Assembly: GCA_038087875.1 (NCBI GenBank)
Contig: CM076000.1
Location: forward strand, 2,046,001-2,110,000
Origin: Malacoraja senta
Taxonomy: Eukaryota
Direction of reading: 5' to 3'
Length of the DNA: 64,000 nt
The notes beneath the pieces are model-generated. The model had not been told where the DNA came from. It ran no database searches and saw only the letters and a program-made list of their open reading frames with translations. Position numbers and translations under genes: made by a program. Shown in pieces: positions 39,353 to 51,662 of the stretch (its first letter is position 1; every line of letters begins with the position of its first letter).

Positions 39353-40287
39353 ATGCCGACCATGGAAGAGTTGTACACAGGGACTGTATGACTCAACATA
39401 TGCCCACACAATTACGCTCTCCAACAGGGGTCTGTGAATTAGAACTTGAAACCCCAGCTAATATTTCTCGTCCTTCCTGAGCCGTGGCTGAACGTGTGGT
39501 TGTGTTGCTGTCCCAGGTGAGATCAGCTAACTTACCACAGACTAGGATCTGACCTTCAGAGTACTGCCCTGAATGACTCAGGAGAGCCCTCAACCTCATA
39601 AATTATGTAGTAAAATAAAAAATATTTTGTTGCCGCAAGTAATCTTAAATAACACAAGTTAAATTTTAATATTTAGTACTGCTGGCAGAGAGTTTTGTGC
39701 AACACGGCTGCAAACCGAGTTCAGAGCCCAAAATATTCCTGGCTTACATTATGTTCTGTGCATTACTGCTAATGGTCAGAATATCAGTTTGACTGTGATC
39801 ACGATGCGTGACCTCCATGCTGAAGTTCCTAACTTATCTTCCCATCACTCAAAGGTTTATATCAGGATTCTTTTTAAAGGCTGAGATAGATAGATTCTTG
39901 ATTACTACAGGTGTCAGGGGTTATGGGGAGAAGGCAGGAGAATGGGGTTAGGAGGGAGAGATGAATCAGCCATGATTGAATGGCGGAGTAGACTTGATGG
40001 GCCAAATGGCCTAATTCTACTCCAGATCCTTAATAACACATATAAGATGATCCGGGAAGACTAAATATATATAAAATAAACGACAAAAAAGAAATTAGCT
40101 GGGTCCAAAAATCTATGGAAAATAGGAAGGTAGCACTTCAAAAGTACTCGATGGGGATAAAGTTCCAGATTTTAAATGTTAGTACAGAGAATTCATTGTT
40201 ATAGGAAGGATGTACATGACTAGGACAAGTTTAGAGGGATATGGGCCAAACATGTAGGCAGGTAGGGACTCTATCTATTGTATTTGA

Positions 40288-42540
40288 AACATAGAAACAT
40301 AGAAACATAGAAAATAGGTGCAGGAGGAGGCCATTCGGCCCTTCGAGCCAGCACCGCCATTCATTGTGATCATGGCTGATCGTCCCCAATCAATAACCCG
40401 TGCCTGCCTTCTCCCCATATCCCTTGATTCCACTAGCCCCTAGAGCTCTATCTAATTCTCTCTTAAATCCAGTGATTTGGCCTCCACTGCCCTCTGTGGC
40501 AGGGAATTCCACAAATTCACAACTCTCTGGGTGAAAACGTTTTTCTCACCTCAGTCTTAAATGGCCTCCCCTTTATTCTAAGACTGAGGCCTCTGGTTCT
40601 GGACTCGCCCAACATTGGGAACATTTTTCCTGCATCTAGCTTGTCCAGTCCTTTTATAATTTTATATGTTTCTATAAGATCCCCCCTCATCCTTCCAAAC
40701 TCAAGTGAATACAACCCTAGTCTTTTCAATCTTTCCTCATATGACAGTCCCGCCATCCCAGGGATCAATCTTGTGAACCTACGCTGCACTGCCTCAATCA
40801 CAAGGATGTCCTTCCTCAAATTAGGAGACCAAAACTGGACACAATACTCCAGATGTGGTCTTACCAGAGCCCTATACAACTGCAGAAGAACCTCTCTACT
40901 CCTATACTGAAATCCTCTTGTTATGAAGGCCAACATTCCATTAGTTTTCTTCATTGCCTGTTGAACCTGCACGCCAACTTTCAGTGATCGGTGTACAAGG
41001 ATACCCAGGTCTCGCTGTACCTCCCTCTTACCTAACCTAACCCCATTGAGATAATAATCTGGTCCCTTGTTTTTGCCACCAAAGTGGATAACCTCACATT
41101 TATCTATATTATACTGCATCTGCCATGCATCTGCCCACTCACTCAACCTGTCCAGGTCACCCTGCAACCTCCTAACATCCTCTTCACAGTTCACACTGCC
41201 TCCCAGCTTTGTGTCATCCGCAAACTTGCTAGTGTTGCTCCTAATTCCCTCTTCCAAATCATTTACACCGAGCCTTGTGGCACTCCACTCGCCACTGCCT
41301 GCCATTCTGAAAAGGACCCGTTCACTCCTACTCTTTGCTTCCTGTCTGCCAACCAATTTCTATCCACGTCAACACCCTACCCCCAATACCATGTGCTCTA
41401 ATTTTAGCCACCAATCTCCCGTGCGGGACCTTATCAAAGGCTTTCTGAAAGTCTAGATACACTACATCCACTCCTCCCCTTCATCCATTTTACTTGTCAC
41501 ATCCTCAAAAAATTCCACAAGTTTAGTCAAGCATGATTTCCCTTTCATAAATCCATGTTGACTTGGACTAATCCTTTTACTGCTATCCAAATGCCCCATT
41601 ATTACCTCTTTAATAATTGACTCCAGCATCTTTCCCACCACCGGTCAGGCTAACTGGTCTGTAATTCCCCGTTTTCTCTCTCGCTCCTTTCTTGAAGAGT
41701 GGGATAACATTAGCTATCCTCCAATCCACAGGAACTGATCCTGAATCTATTGAACATTGGAAAATGATCACCAATGCGTCCACTATTTCTAGAGCCACCT
41801 CCCTGAGGACCCTGGGATGCAGACCATCAGGCCCTGGGGATTTATCATCCTTCAGTCCCATTAGCCTACCCAATACTAGCTCCCACCTAATGAAATTTTC
41901 TTTCAGTTCCTCGACCCTCTTAGATCCTCTGTCCTCCAGTACTTCTGGGAGATTGTTTGTGTCTTCCTTAGTGAAGACAGATCTGAAGAACCTGTTCATC
42001 TCTTCTGCCATTTCCTTGTTCCCCATAATTTCACCTGTGTCTGCCTTCAAGGGACCCACATTTGACTTTGCTATTTTTTTCCTCTTAACATATCTAAAGA
42101 AGCTTTTACTGTCCTTCTTTATATTCCTGGCCAGCTTCCCTTCGTACTTCATCTTTTCAGCCCGTATTGCCCGTTTTGTTTCCTTCTGTTGTCCTATGAA
42201 AGTTTCCCAATCCTCTGGCTTCCGGCTACTCTTTGCTGTGTTATACATCTTTTCTTTTAGTTTTATTCTATCCCTAACTTCTCTTCTCAGCCACGGTTGC
42301 CTCCTACTCCCCTTAGAATCTTTCTTCCTTTTTGGAATGAAATGATCCTGCGTCTCCCGGATTATGCCCAGAAATTCCTGCTATCGTTGTTCCACCGTCA
42401 TTCCTGCTAGGATCCCTTTCCAGTCTACTTTGGCCAGCTCCTCTCTCATGCCTTCATAGTCCCCTTTGTTCAACTGCATCACTGCCACTTCCGATTTAAC
42501 CTTCTCCTTCTCAAATTTGAGTTTGAATTACTCACTCGTT
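40288..42540 (-). mobile_element. CR1 LINE, 2.2-kb 5'-truncated copy with 20-bp TSD
   Basis: KSPGPDGLHPRVL, WRIANVIPLFKKG...NYRPVSLT, SKFADDTKL, RPHLEYC; (GAAACATA)n tail. ACTCTATCTATTGTATTTGA at 40268-40287 and 42541-42560. Confidence 0.93.
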
Positions 42541-42655
42541 ACTCTATCTATTGTATTTGAGTTTGAATTGATTGCATATGTGTATGGTATGATCTGTTTG
42601 GATAGCATGCAAAACAAAGTTTTCACTGAACCTCAGTATGCAAGACAACAATCTC

Positions 42656-42780
42656 CCTAACCTAACCTAACCTAACCTAACCTAAACTAACCCAACCCAA
42701 CCCAACCCAACCCAACCCAACCCAACCCAACCCAACCCAACCCAACCCAACCTAACCTAACCTAACCTAACCTAACCTAA
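42656..42780. repeat. Compound pentamer microsatellite (CCTAA)n-(CCCAA)n-(CCTAA)n
   Basis: Read directly; follows a Rex1-type tail at about 42590-42650. Confidence 0.95.
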
Positions 42781-43769
42781 CATCTGGTATACAAGATGCA
42801 CACCAAGGGGCTTGCATAGGAGGTTAGACTAATACTCTGGAAGTTACTCGAATGCCTTGTCATCTTGAGATCCTTCAATATGTTTAACTTTCTCATTGGA
42901 TTACTGTTCACTTTAGTTTAGTTTAGTTTATTTCACGTGTATCTTTTTGTCGTGCGCAATCCAGTCAGTGGAAAAACTATACATGATTACAATTGAGCCG
43001 TCCACAGTGCACCGATACAGTATAAAGGGAATAACATTCAGTGCAAGATAAAGTCCAGTAAAGTCTGATCAAAGATAGTCCGAGGGTCTCCAATAACCCT
43101 TGGAAAAGGTCATTGGAGAACTCAAAGAACACCCGCTAGCAGGCTTTAATAATACAAGACATAATGGGAATGAAGCAATCCATGGGTAAGAAACCCCCCC
43201 ACCTCATTTCATTCAGGAGTGACTCACAGAACAAAACTTCATACACTTTAAACACACACCATTCTCATATGAGAAACCATGCAAAATATTTTGAGCTAAT
43301 AGTTTTTTCAGCTGTTAATGGACAAGGATTGTTTTCACAGCGAGCAGATAGTTGATCTGTAAGGCAAACCTAATCTTTACAGTGAGATTAAAGATACTTG
43401 TTTCATTAGAAAAATGGGCAAATATATCCCAAACGATTAGCTATATCTTTTTCAGGTGTGTGGACTTTGCTACATCCAGAAATAGAGACGTATATTACGA
43501 ATAAGTTTTTTTCGGAATAAGTCCCAAAGTGCTCTTAATGGAATATTTTGGATTCTTTTGCAGCCGTTTGAATTCTGGCGAGTTCAGGCCATTTCAGATC
43601 TGCTGATCCCTGTCCTTTGGACTGAAGGATCAAACATGTTTAGTTTGGTTTAGTTTATGTGCAGAAGCATAGAACGATCCTGTGGTCTGCGGCAGCTATT
43701 TTATAAAACAATCCTCATTGTCTTTACCTTTGCTCTGTATTTGTTATTTATCACCAACATTACAATGTT

Positions 43770-44210
43770 GTCAGGACTTGAGGGGGATGAGATATAGGGA
43801 GAGGTTGGGCAGGCTAGGACTTTATACCTTGGAGAGCAGGAGACTGAGGGGTGATCTTATAGAGGTGTATAAAATCATAATGGGAATTGATAGGGTGAAT
43901 GCACAGAGTCTCTTGCTTAGAGTAGGGGAATCAAGAACCAAAGGACTTTAGGTTTAAAGTGCGAGGAGCAAGATTTAATAGGAACCTGAGAAGCAACTTT
44001 CTCACTCAGAGGGTGGTGGGTATATGGAACGAGCTGCCAGAAGAGGTAGTTGAGGCAGGTACTATCGTAGACTCTGAAAGACACTTGGACAGGTACATGG
44101 ATAGGAAATGTTTAGAGGGATATGGGCCAAATGTGGGCAAATGGGACAAGCTTAGATGGGGCATATTAGTCAGCATGGATGAATTGGGCTGTATGGCTCT
44201 ATGACTCTAT
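43770..44210 (+). mobile_element. CR1 LINE 3' fragment
   Basis: YRERLGRLGLYTLE.RRLRGDLIEVYKI...WNELPEEVVEAG. Confidence 0.88.
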
Positions 44211-44389
44211 AACCATAGTGTAATGTTTGAGCTTGTATTAAATTTCCAGTTCCATGTCATAGCCAAATACAAAACTAATTCCAAGAATGATCAAATTGTC
44301 ACCACCTCTTCTTTTCCTAGGGCTTTATATTACATGCTGAATAGTGATGAGAATGAGAATAAAACTGGTTTAATTGCAAACCCTTGTTT

Positions 44390-44622
44390 GGGCGGCACAG
44401 TGGCACAGTGATAGAGTTGCTGCCTTACTGCGCTAGAGATCCGGGTTCGATCCTGACTACGGGTGCTGTTTGTGTAGAGTTTGTACATTCTCCCTGTGAC
44501 CACGTGTATTTTCTCCGGGTGCTCCGGTTTCCACCCACACTCCAATGACGGACAGGTTTGTAGGTTAGTTGACCTCAGTAAAAATTGTAAATTGTCCGTG
44601 GTGTGTGTGGGGTAATGCTAGT
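44390..44622 (+). mobile_element. V-SINE 5' part (tail displaced to 50397-50470 by the BEL insertion)
   Basis: Head and V-domain end at ...AATGCTAGT; the missing tail GCTGGTCGGTGCGGACTTGGTGGGCCGAAAGGCC resumes at 50397. Confidence 0.82.
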
Positions 44623-44638
44623 TTAATTCTCACTTAAT

Positions 44639-45038
44639 TGTAATGGCAATTTTCTGACTTTTCCAGCGTCCTCTTTTCCAGTAACCATTACTACACAGGT
44701 ACAGTAGGAATGATCTTACGCAGACCTAACAGGACAGATCTTCCAATCGTTATTTCCAGTTTAATTGGTTGTTTATTGAAGTAGTTGTACAAACAAAGAG
44801 ATTAACGTACCAGGTTTTCCTTATTCTGCATGCAAGTTGTAGCTGGCTGCTCTGTCCCTGGTCTGGTGAGAACTGTATGCTCTCCCTCCCTGTGCCTGTC
44901 ACTTCCTGTCCCCTATGCCCTTATATACACACCACCCTGTGCATCTAGTGACTGCCCCCAAGTGCCCAAAATAATACTGCAAGATATATCTAGACAAAAT
45001 AATATGATGTGCCAACATGAACATAAATGGCTCCTACA
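44639..45038 (-). mobile_element. BEL/Pao 3' LTR (400 bp)
   Basis: On the minus strand it starts TGTAGG right after the PPT and ends CCATTACA (TGTA...TACA termini), with AATAAA at 44777-44772. Confidence 0.7.
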
Positions 45039-45329
45039 CACCAGCCCCTAATTGTCCTATGTATTTAACAAAACAATTACCAATAAACCCCTTTTCCTTT
45101 ACACATTTAAAAAAAAGGTATGTACTGTGTGTTGGCATTTAATCTTCTCCTCTTCCTTCTTCTTATCCTTATCTTTAGAGCCATCATTCTTTGCTGTACC
45201 TAGGTCTCAGCTTCTTGGAGCAGACATATCTTTGTTATTGGTCTTTCCAAGATGTTGCTCTTAGCCTAAAGTCGAACTGTGCGCACAAGACCTTGTGCAT
45301 CTGGTATGGTCTTCAATATTCTGCCCATT
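45039..45329 (-). mobile_element. BEL/Pao integrase C-terminus, 3' spacer and polypurine tract
   Basis: The minus strand encodes MGRILKTIPDAQGLVRTVRL*AKSNILERPITKICLLQEAE, which continues ...APRGSWL at 47157. PPT-like AGGGGCTGGTG abuts the LTR. Confidence 0.85.
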
Positions 45330-47156
45330 CTACAAAGAGTAGGGACTAACGGGTCCCTATCAGAATGGCAGGCAGTGACTAGTGGAGTACCGCAAGACTC
45401 GTTGCTGGGACTGCAGCTATTTACAATATACATCAATGATTTAGATGAAGGGATTGAAAGTAACATCAGCAAATTTGCAGATGACACAAAGCTGGGTGGC
45501 AGTGTGAACTGTGAGGAGGATGCTATGAATATGCAGGGAAACCTGGACAGGTTGGGCGAGTGGGCGGATGCATGGCAGATGCAGTTTAATGTGGATAAAT
45601 GTGAGGTTATCCACTTTGGTGGCAAAAACAGGAAGGCGGATTATTATCTGAATGGTATCAAGTTGGGAAAAGGGGAGGTACAAGGAGATCTGGGGTTCCT
45701 TGTTCATCACTCACTGAAAGTAAGCATGCAGGTACAGTAGGCAGTGAAGAAAGCTAATGGCATGTTGGCCTTCATAACTAGAGGAGTTGAGTATAGGAGA
45801 AAAGAGGTCCTTCTGCAGTTGTACAGTGAGACCATACCTGGAGTATTGTGTGCAGGTTTGGGCACCAAATTTGTGGAAGGACATTCTTGCTATTGAGGGA
45901 GTGCGACTTAGGTTCACGAGGTTAATTCACGGGATGGCGGGACTGTCATATATTGATAGAATGGAGCGGCTGGGCTTGTATACTCTGGAATTTAGGATGA
46001 GAAGGGATCTTATTGAAACATATAAGATTAGTAAGGGATTGGACACGCTAGAGGCAGGAAACATGTTCCTGATGTTGGGGGAGTCCAGAACCAGGGGCAA
46101 CAGTTTAAGAATAAGGGGTGGGCCATTTAGAACGGAGATGAGGAAAACCTTTTTACCCAGAGAGTTGTGAATCTGTGGAATCCTCTGCCTCAGAAGGCAG
46201 TGGAGGCCAATGACCACCAGGGGCGTCGGGGAGATGGCCCCCTGCCGGCAGTCTGTTCGTTTTTTCTTTCTTTTTGTTATTTTTAGTGCGTTAAAAGTTT
46301 GTTTTAATGTTCATCCGTTTGTTTTATGTGGGGGGAGGGGGGAGGGGATCGGGGGGAAACTTTTTATCAAGTTATTATCTTACCGGAAATGTGATCAATT
46401 TTTGGATCACATTCTCCGAACTCTGCGGCCTACAATCGATGGAGCTGGAAGCCTCCTCGGACTGTCGTGAGCCCCACCGTGGGGCGCGGATTTAACATCG
46501 GAGCTGATCCCTTGCCTGGGATCGCTCTCACCGTGACCACCGCGGAATCAACAGCAAGGGCTCACAGTCTCGGGAGAGGCTAGTCGGGAGCTCCAACGTC
46601 ACGGAAGGTTCGACCAGCCCCGACGCGAGGTTCGATCACCCACCGCGGGCGAGCTGACATCCCCCCGATGCAGGAGCTGATCACCTCGATGCGGAGGGCC
46701 CGAACGCAGCCAGCTACGGGAGTCAGGATCATCCTGTCAACGGGGGCTCGAGGCCCACGACCGAGGAAAAACAAAAGGAAGAGACTTGAACTATATTTTG
46801 CCTTCCATCACAGTGAGGAATGTGTAGGAGTCACTGTGGTGGATATTCATGTTAAAATTTGTTTTTTTGAGTGATCTGTTGCTTTTAATTGTATGACTGA
46901 CCTGGCCAATGAAATTCCTCGTATGTTGCAAAACATACTTGGCGAATAAAGTGTGATTCTGATTCTGATTCTGATTCTGATTCTCTGGATGTTTTCAAGA
47001 GAGAGTTAGATAAAGCTCTTAAAGATAGTGGAGTCAGGGGATATGGTGAGAAGGCAGGAACGGGCTACTGATTGTGGATGATCAGCCATGATCACAGTGA
47101 ATGGCGAATGGCCTACTCCTGCACCTATTGTCTATTGTCCACTGTCTATTGTCTAT
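45330..47156 (+). mobile_element. CR1 LINE 3' portion inserted in the BEL element (itself interrupted at 46212-46982)
   Basis: VTSGVPQ..LG..LFTIYINDL, SKFADDTKL, WQMQFNVDKC, RPYLEYC; tail GGCCTACTCCTGCACCTATT(GTCTATT)n. Confidence 0.92.
46212..46982 (+). mobile_element. Non-coding CpG-rich retroposon with (GATTCT)n tail, inserted in CR1
   Basis: Splits the CR1 sequence GGAGGCCAAT|TCTCTGGATG (uninterrupted at about 35201-35220). Ends AATAAAGTGT(GATTCT)n. No recognisable protein or tRNA head. Confidence 0.75.
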
Positions 47157-50100
47157 TAACCAGGAGCCTCGTGGTGCAGTGGAATCAGCCACCACAACAA
47201 TGTCACCTGGAGCAAAGCTTCTCCTTACCTTTGACCACCGTGGTCGTTCTTGGAGTAGAGGCAAGTATTCTTGTGTCCACCGTTTCCAAAAGAGATCTGC
47301 CAAATATTGCACCAGTCTCCATCTGTGTTTAATGTACAAGTCTTGCTTTACAAAGAGTCCAGGTGGTAGTATTGGCATGGTCTTCAACCGAAGAAGATGG
47401 TTTGGTGGGAGTGCTTCCAGGTCCATTGGATCATCAGAACTCTTGGTAATGGGTCGATCATTTAAAATTGCTTCAACTTCACAAATAAAAGTTTGCAATC
47501 CTTCATCGTCCAGAACCTGTTGGTTAAAGACAGAGCGCATCACATTTCATACCATGCGGATCAATCGTTCCCAAACACCGCCGTGATGGGATCTTGCTTG
47601 CGGGTTAAAGTACCACCTTATCCCTTGCTGAAGCATGGCACTCTGGATCTTGTCCTAACTTGCACAGGTTGGGTGAGTGGGAAGATGCATGGCAGATCCA
47701 GTTTAATATGGGGATAAGGCCGGAACGGTGTATTGATTGTGGATGATCAGCCATGATCACAGAATGGCCTACTGCTGCACCTATTGTCTATTGTCCATTG
47801 TCTATTGTCAAGCCATTGAGTGCTTCTCTCAATTCCCTTTCCGCTCCGATAAAATTTGTGCCATTGCCTGATCTTAAAGATGAAACTTGACCTCGTCGAC
47901 AGATGAATCTTCATAATGCATGGATACAGGAGTCTGTGTCAAGTGTAGATGCAACTTCAAGATGTACTGCCCTGCTTGCCATGCAAGTGAAGATTACACC
48001 ATACCTATTAACACAACTTCATCCTCTCTTGATCTCTATAGGACCGAAGTAGTCTACTTCTACATCTGTAAATGGAGGCTTGTCTGGTAGAATCCTCTCC
48101 AGGAGCAAGTCTGCCATTTTTTGTTCTCCAACTCTTCCCCACTGTCGTCTACACACAACACATTCTGTTATGACCTTTCTTGCAGCGGAGTTAGCTTTGA
48201 TAATCCAGTATTTTTGATGGAGGCAGGACAGCATATCATTTCTTCCACCATGTCCGAGCTGTTCATGGATATGTCGTAACAGTAGTGTTGATATGTGAAG
48301 ATCCTTCAAGAGAATAATAGGATGTTTGGCCTCTTCAGACATCGTTGGTCTATTCAGGCGACCACCTACTCTCAGAAGTCAATCATCCAGCACCAGATCT
48401 AGCTTGTACAAATGACTGTTTCTTTTGACACCATTTTTACCAGCTTCTAGTACTGAAAGTTCTTCTTTGAATCTTTGTCTTTGACTGAAAGAGATGACTG
48501 CGTTTTCCGCTTGGAAAAGATCTTCAGGACATAAACGCTGTCCACGGAATGTTGCTTTAAAGACTTGCATCTCCTTTTGCAAGTCTTTAATTTGCAGGAT
48601 CTTTTTCAAAGCTACTCACAGTAGTCTGAATCTCCTTTCTCCTTCGAGTGTTGTCCTTACTTTAAGATGCCAAGCTACAGCATTCTTCAGATTCCTCCAT
48701 GATGAGAAATAGGTGATCAGAGAGTTTGTGGGGTTCAATGGATTTTTGACAATGACGTTCATTGTGAAGTCTTGTTTGATTTCTGGATCATTAGCAGAGA
48801 TTGTAGATACCAAGTGAAGTCTTGGCCATTCTCTGTCTGGCTTACAAAGAAACTCTGGTCCCTTGATCCATCTCTTACAGCTTAAGAAACGATCTGCTGT
48901 TAGTCCTCTAAACGCTTCATCTGCAGGATTTTCTTTTGTGCCATCATATCTCCATTGTGATACATCAGTCGCATCCCTTACAAAAGAGATCCTGTTTGCT
49001 AAAAATGTTTGGAAGCGTTTGGTTTAGTTGTTGATGTACTTAAGCACTGTTGTGCTATCGATCCAGAAGATGGATTTGTCCAGTTGAAGCTGTAATTCTT
49101 TTCGCAGCATTGTGTCAACTCTGACAGCTAGGACTGCAGCTGTAAGCTCCATTCTGGGAATCGTCATTTGTTTTAATGGTGCCACCCTGGCTTTTCCCAT
49201 TATGAATGCAACATGCACTTATTTGTTATCGTCTTCCGGTCTTAGATATGAAACAGTACCGTAGCCACTTTCGCTGGAGTCTGAAAAGTGGTGCAGCTGT
49301 GCATATCTGACTTGACCAAAGCTTGTGGGCTTCATGCACCGGTCCACTTTAAACACCGCCATCTGGTTGAGACCTGCTAACCATCCTGTCCATCGCTGAG
49401 AGAAGGTTTGGGGTATGTTTTCATCCCATTTGAGTCTTTTCTTACAGAGCTCCTGCATAATCAGTTCAGCTGGCAGAGTAAATGGTGCAAGAAATCCTAA
49501 AGGGTCGTATATAGAGCCTACCACGGACAAGATGCCCCATCTTGTGTATGATTGTTCCTGTGCAGTAATTCTGAACTTGAACACATCTGTTTCAACGCAC
49601 CAGTGCAATCCCAGTGCTCTTTCTATTGGCAGATTGTCTTTGTCCAAGTACACTCCCCGGTCTCCTTGGTTCTGTTTTCTTGTGGAATGGATGCCAATAC
49701 AGCACGGCTGTTGCTGATCCACTTTGACAGCATGAATCCTCCCATTTGGCAGAGGGCAGTCAGGTCTCTTACCATTTGAACTGCTTCCTGTTCCGAAGGC
49801 ATGTATTTTAAACAATTATCTACATAGAAGTTGTTCTTTACTGTGTTTGTCACCTCTGCTGGAAAGTGAGCTTTGTTGTCTTCAGCAGTCTTCCTTAATG
49901 CAAAGTTTGCACAACGTGGTGATGACACGGCTCCAAAAAGATGTACCTTCATCCGTTATTCAACAAGATCTTGCTGCACATCACCCTCGGGCCACCACAG
50001 GAATCGCAGATAGTCAATATGCTTTTTTGATACCTTGACCTGATGAAATATTGATTGGATGTCGGCCATCAAAGCAACCGGTTCTTGTCTGAATCTGATG

Positions 50101-50393
50101 AGAACTTCAATGAATGAGCTGGTAAGGTCTGGAGCCTGCAGCAGTTGGCAGTTAAGTGATGTTCCTTTGAAGACTGCACCACAGTCAAAGACCACCTTTA
50201 CGGTTCCTTTCCTTGAGTGATACACCCTATGGTGTGGGATGTACCAGAGTTCTCCATCACCTCGACTTAGCTGGTCCACTGGTACCATTTCAACATGACC
50301 ATTGTCAATCATTTCTGTGAGGAAAGATGTATATTCATCATGAAATTTCTCATTCTTGCCAAACTTGCATTTCAGTCTCTGGATGAGCTGCTT
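47157..50393 (-). mobile_element. BEL/Pao LTR retrotransposon pol region (RT-RNaseH-integrase), decayed and 5'-truncated
   Basis: WYIPHH...VVFDCGA, LMADIQSIFHQV, HLFGAVSSP, NFYVDNCL (Pao RT); LHHFSDSSESGYG, KARVAPLK..TIPRMELTAA (RNaseH/A17-type); H..LGHGG...CVVC, PFTDVEVDYFGP, EVEAILNDRP, WRLVQYLADLFWKRWTQEYL (integrase). Frameshifts and stops present; interrupted by a short CR1 tail at about 47650-47810. Confidence 0.93.
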
Positions 50394-50880
50394 AATTGCT
50401 GGTCGGTGCGGACTTGGTGGGCCGAAAGGCCTGTTTTCGCACTGTATCTCTGAAGTCTAAAGTAAAGTTTAAAGACTCTATAAAGAAGGTATAATATTTG
50501 GGCTTGTATTAAACTTCAATGTCACTGCCAAATCCAAAACAAATTCTGAGATTGATCAAATGATCACCACCTCTGCTTTTCCTAGGGCTTGATATTACAT
50601 GCTGAACAGGGACAAGAGTGAGAATAAAACTGAAAACTGGTTTAATTGCAAACAAGATCACTGCATCTCAGAACTGAAACTGTAACTGTAACCAGCATCT
50701 CTACTGGTTACAGTTAACAATGACATTATTTAGTGCACAAGGTGCTGTTGTTCTCCTGCATGTTAGTTGCATGTAAAAGAGAGGTTGTTCAGTTTAGTTT
50801 AGTTTAGCTTAGTTTAGTTTAGTTTAGTTAGTTTAGTTTATCATTGTCACATGTGCCAAGGTGCAGTGAAAAGCTTTTTT

Positions 50881-51662
50881 TAAATTTTTTTAAATATTTT
50901 ATTTATTAGAAGTAATGTACATTACAGTGATATAAGCCCAAAATAACATAATACATTTCCTGTACCCCTTCTTGTTTTAAACTTTAAAAAGGAGAAGAAT
51001 AGAGAGAGTTAGATAAGATAGTAAGTGCGTGAAAGAGTGATCAGGAGAAACCCGTAGAAACGTAAAACACGAGAAAGAGTTAAAAAGAAAACCAAAGGAA
51101 AAGAAAGAGAACAATAGAAAACAGAAGATATAAGAAAGTAAAATAAGATAAAAGGGATGTACCTACTTTGTATCTTTACACACCCCTCACCAGGTCCTGA
51201 AACCATTTATTTTCAAAGTTATGTTGCATCCTATGCTTGTAATAAGTCGATAAATGGAGACCAAATCTTTTGGAAATGGTCTGATTTGCCTGCTAGGAGG
51301 AATCTCATGTCTTCTAGGTGTAACATTTCAGACATATTTGAAATCCACATTTTTATCGTTGGTGTGGGAGTGTTTTTCCAGAATTTAAGTATATGTTTTT
51401 TTGCCATTATTAAGCCGTAATTAAGGAAGCTTTTTTGGAACGAAGTCAGCTCAAAGCTGGCTTCCATTGTTCCAAAAATAATCAATTCTGCGTTCGGTTT
51501 CAGTTTAAATTTAAATAATTTTGTAAAAATTTCAGATTTAATTCCAAATTTTTTGGGGATTTTTATACAAAAAACAAAGGAATGTGCTATAGTTGCTTCT
51601 TGGGATAGACATTTATCACAGATGGGGGAGACATTTGGAAAAAATGTACTTATTGACTTAAT
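50881..51662 (-). mobile_element. L1-clade LINE 3' end with poly(A) and 15-bp TSD
   Basis: SPICDKC...ATIAHSFVFC zinc knuckle and AKKHILKFWK..P.PTIKMW...F.KIWSPF C-terminus. T-rich tail at 50881-50905. TSD GTGAAAAGCTTTTTT at 50866-50880 and 51663-51677. Confidence 0.9.

Noticed and set aside
39480..39600. Possible old tRNA-SINE or LF-SINE-like remnant (also about 9430-9520)
   Set aside because: Similarity is too weak to support without an HMM search.
42656..42780. (CCTAA)n array resembling an arthropod TTAGG telomere or an interstitial telomere
   Set aside because: It is a pentamer rather than vertebrate TTAGGG, is mixed with CCCAA, and directly follows a Rex1-type tail whose relatives end in (CTAAA)n; best explained as an expanded retroposon tail.
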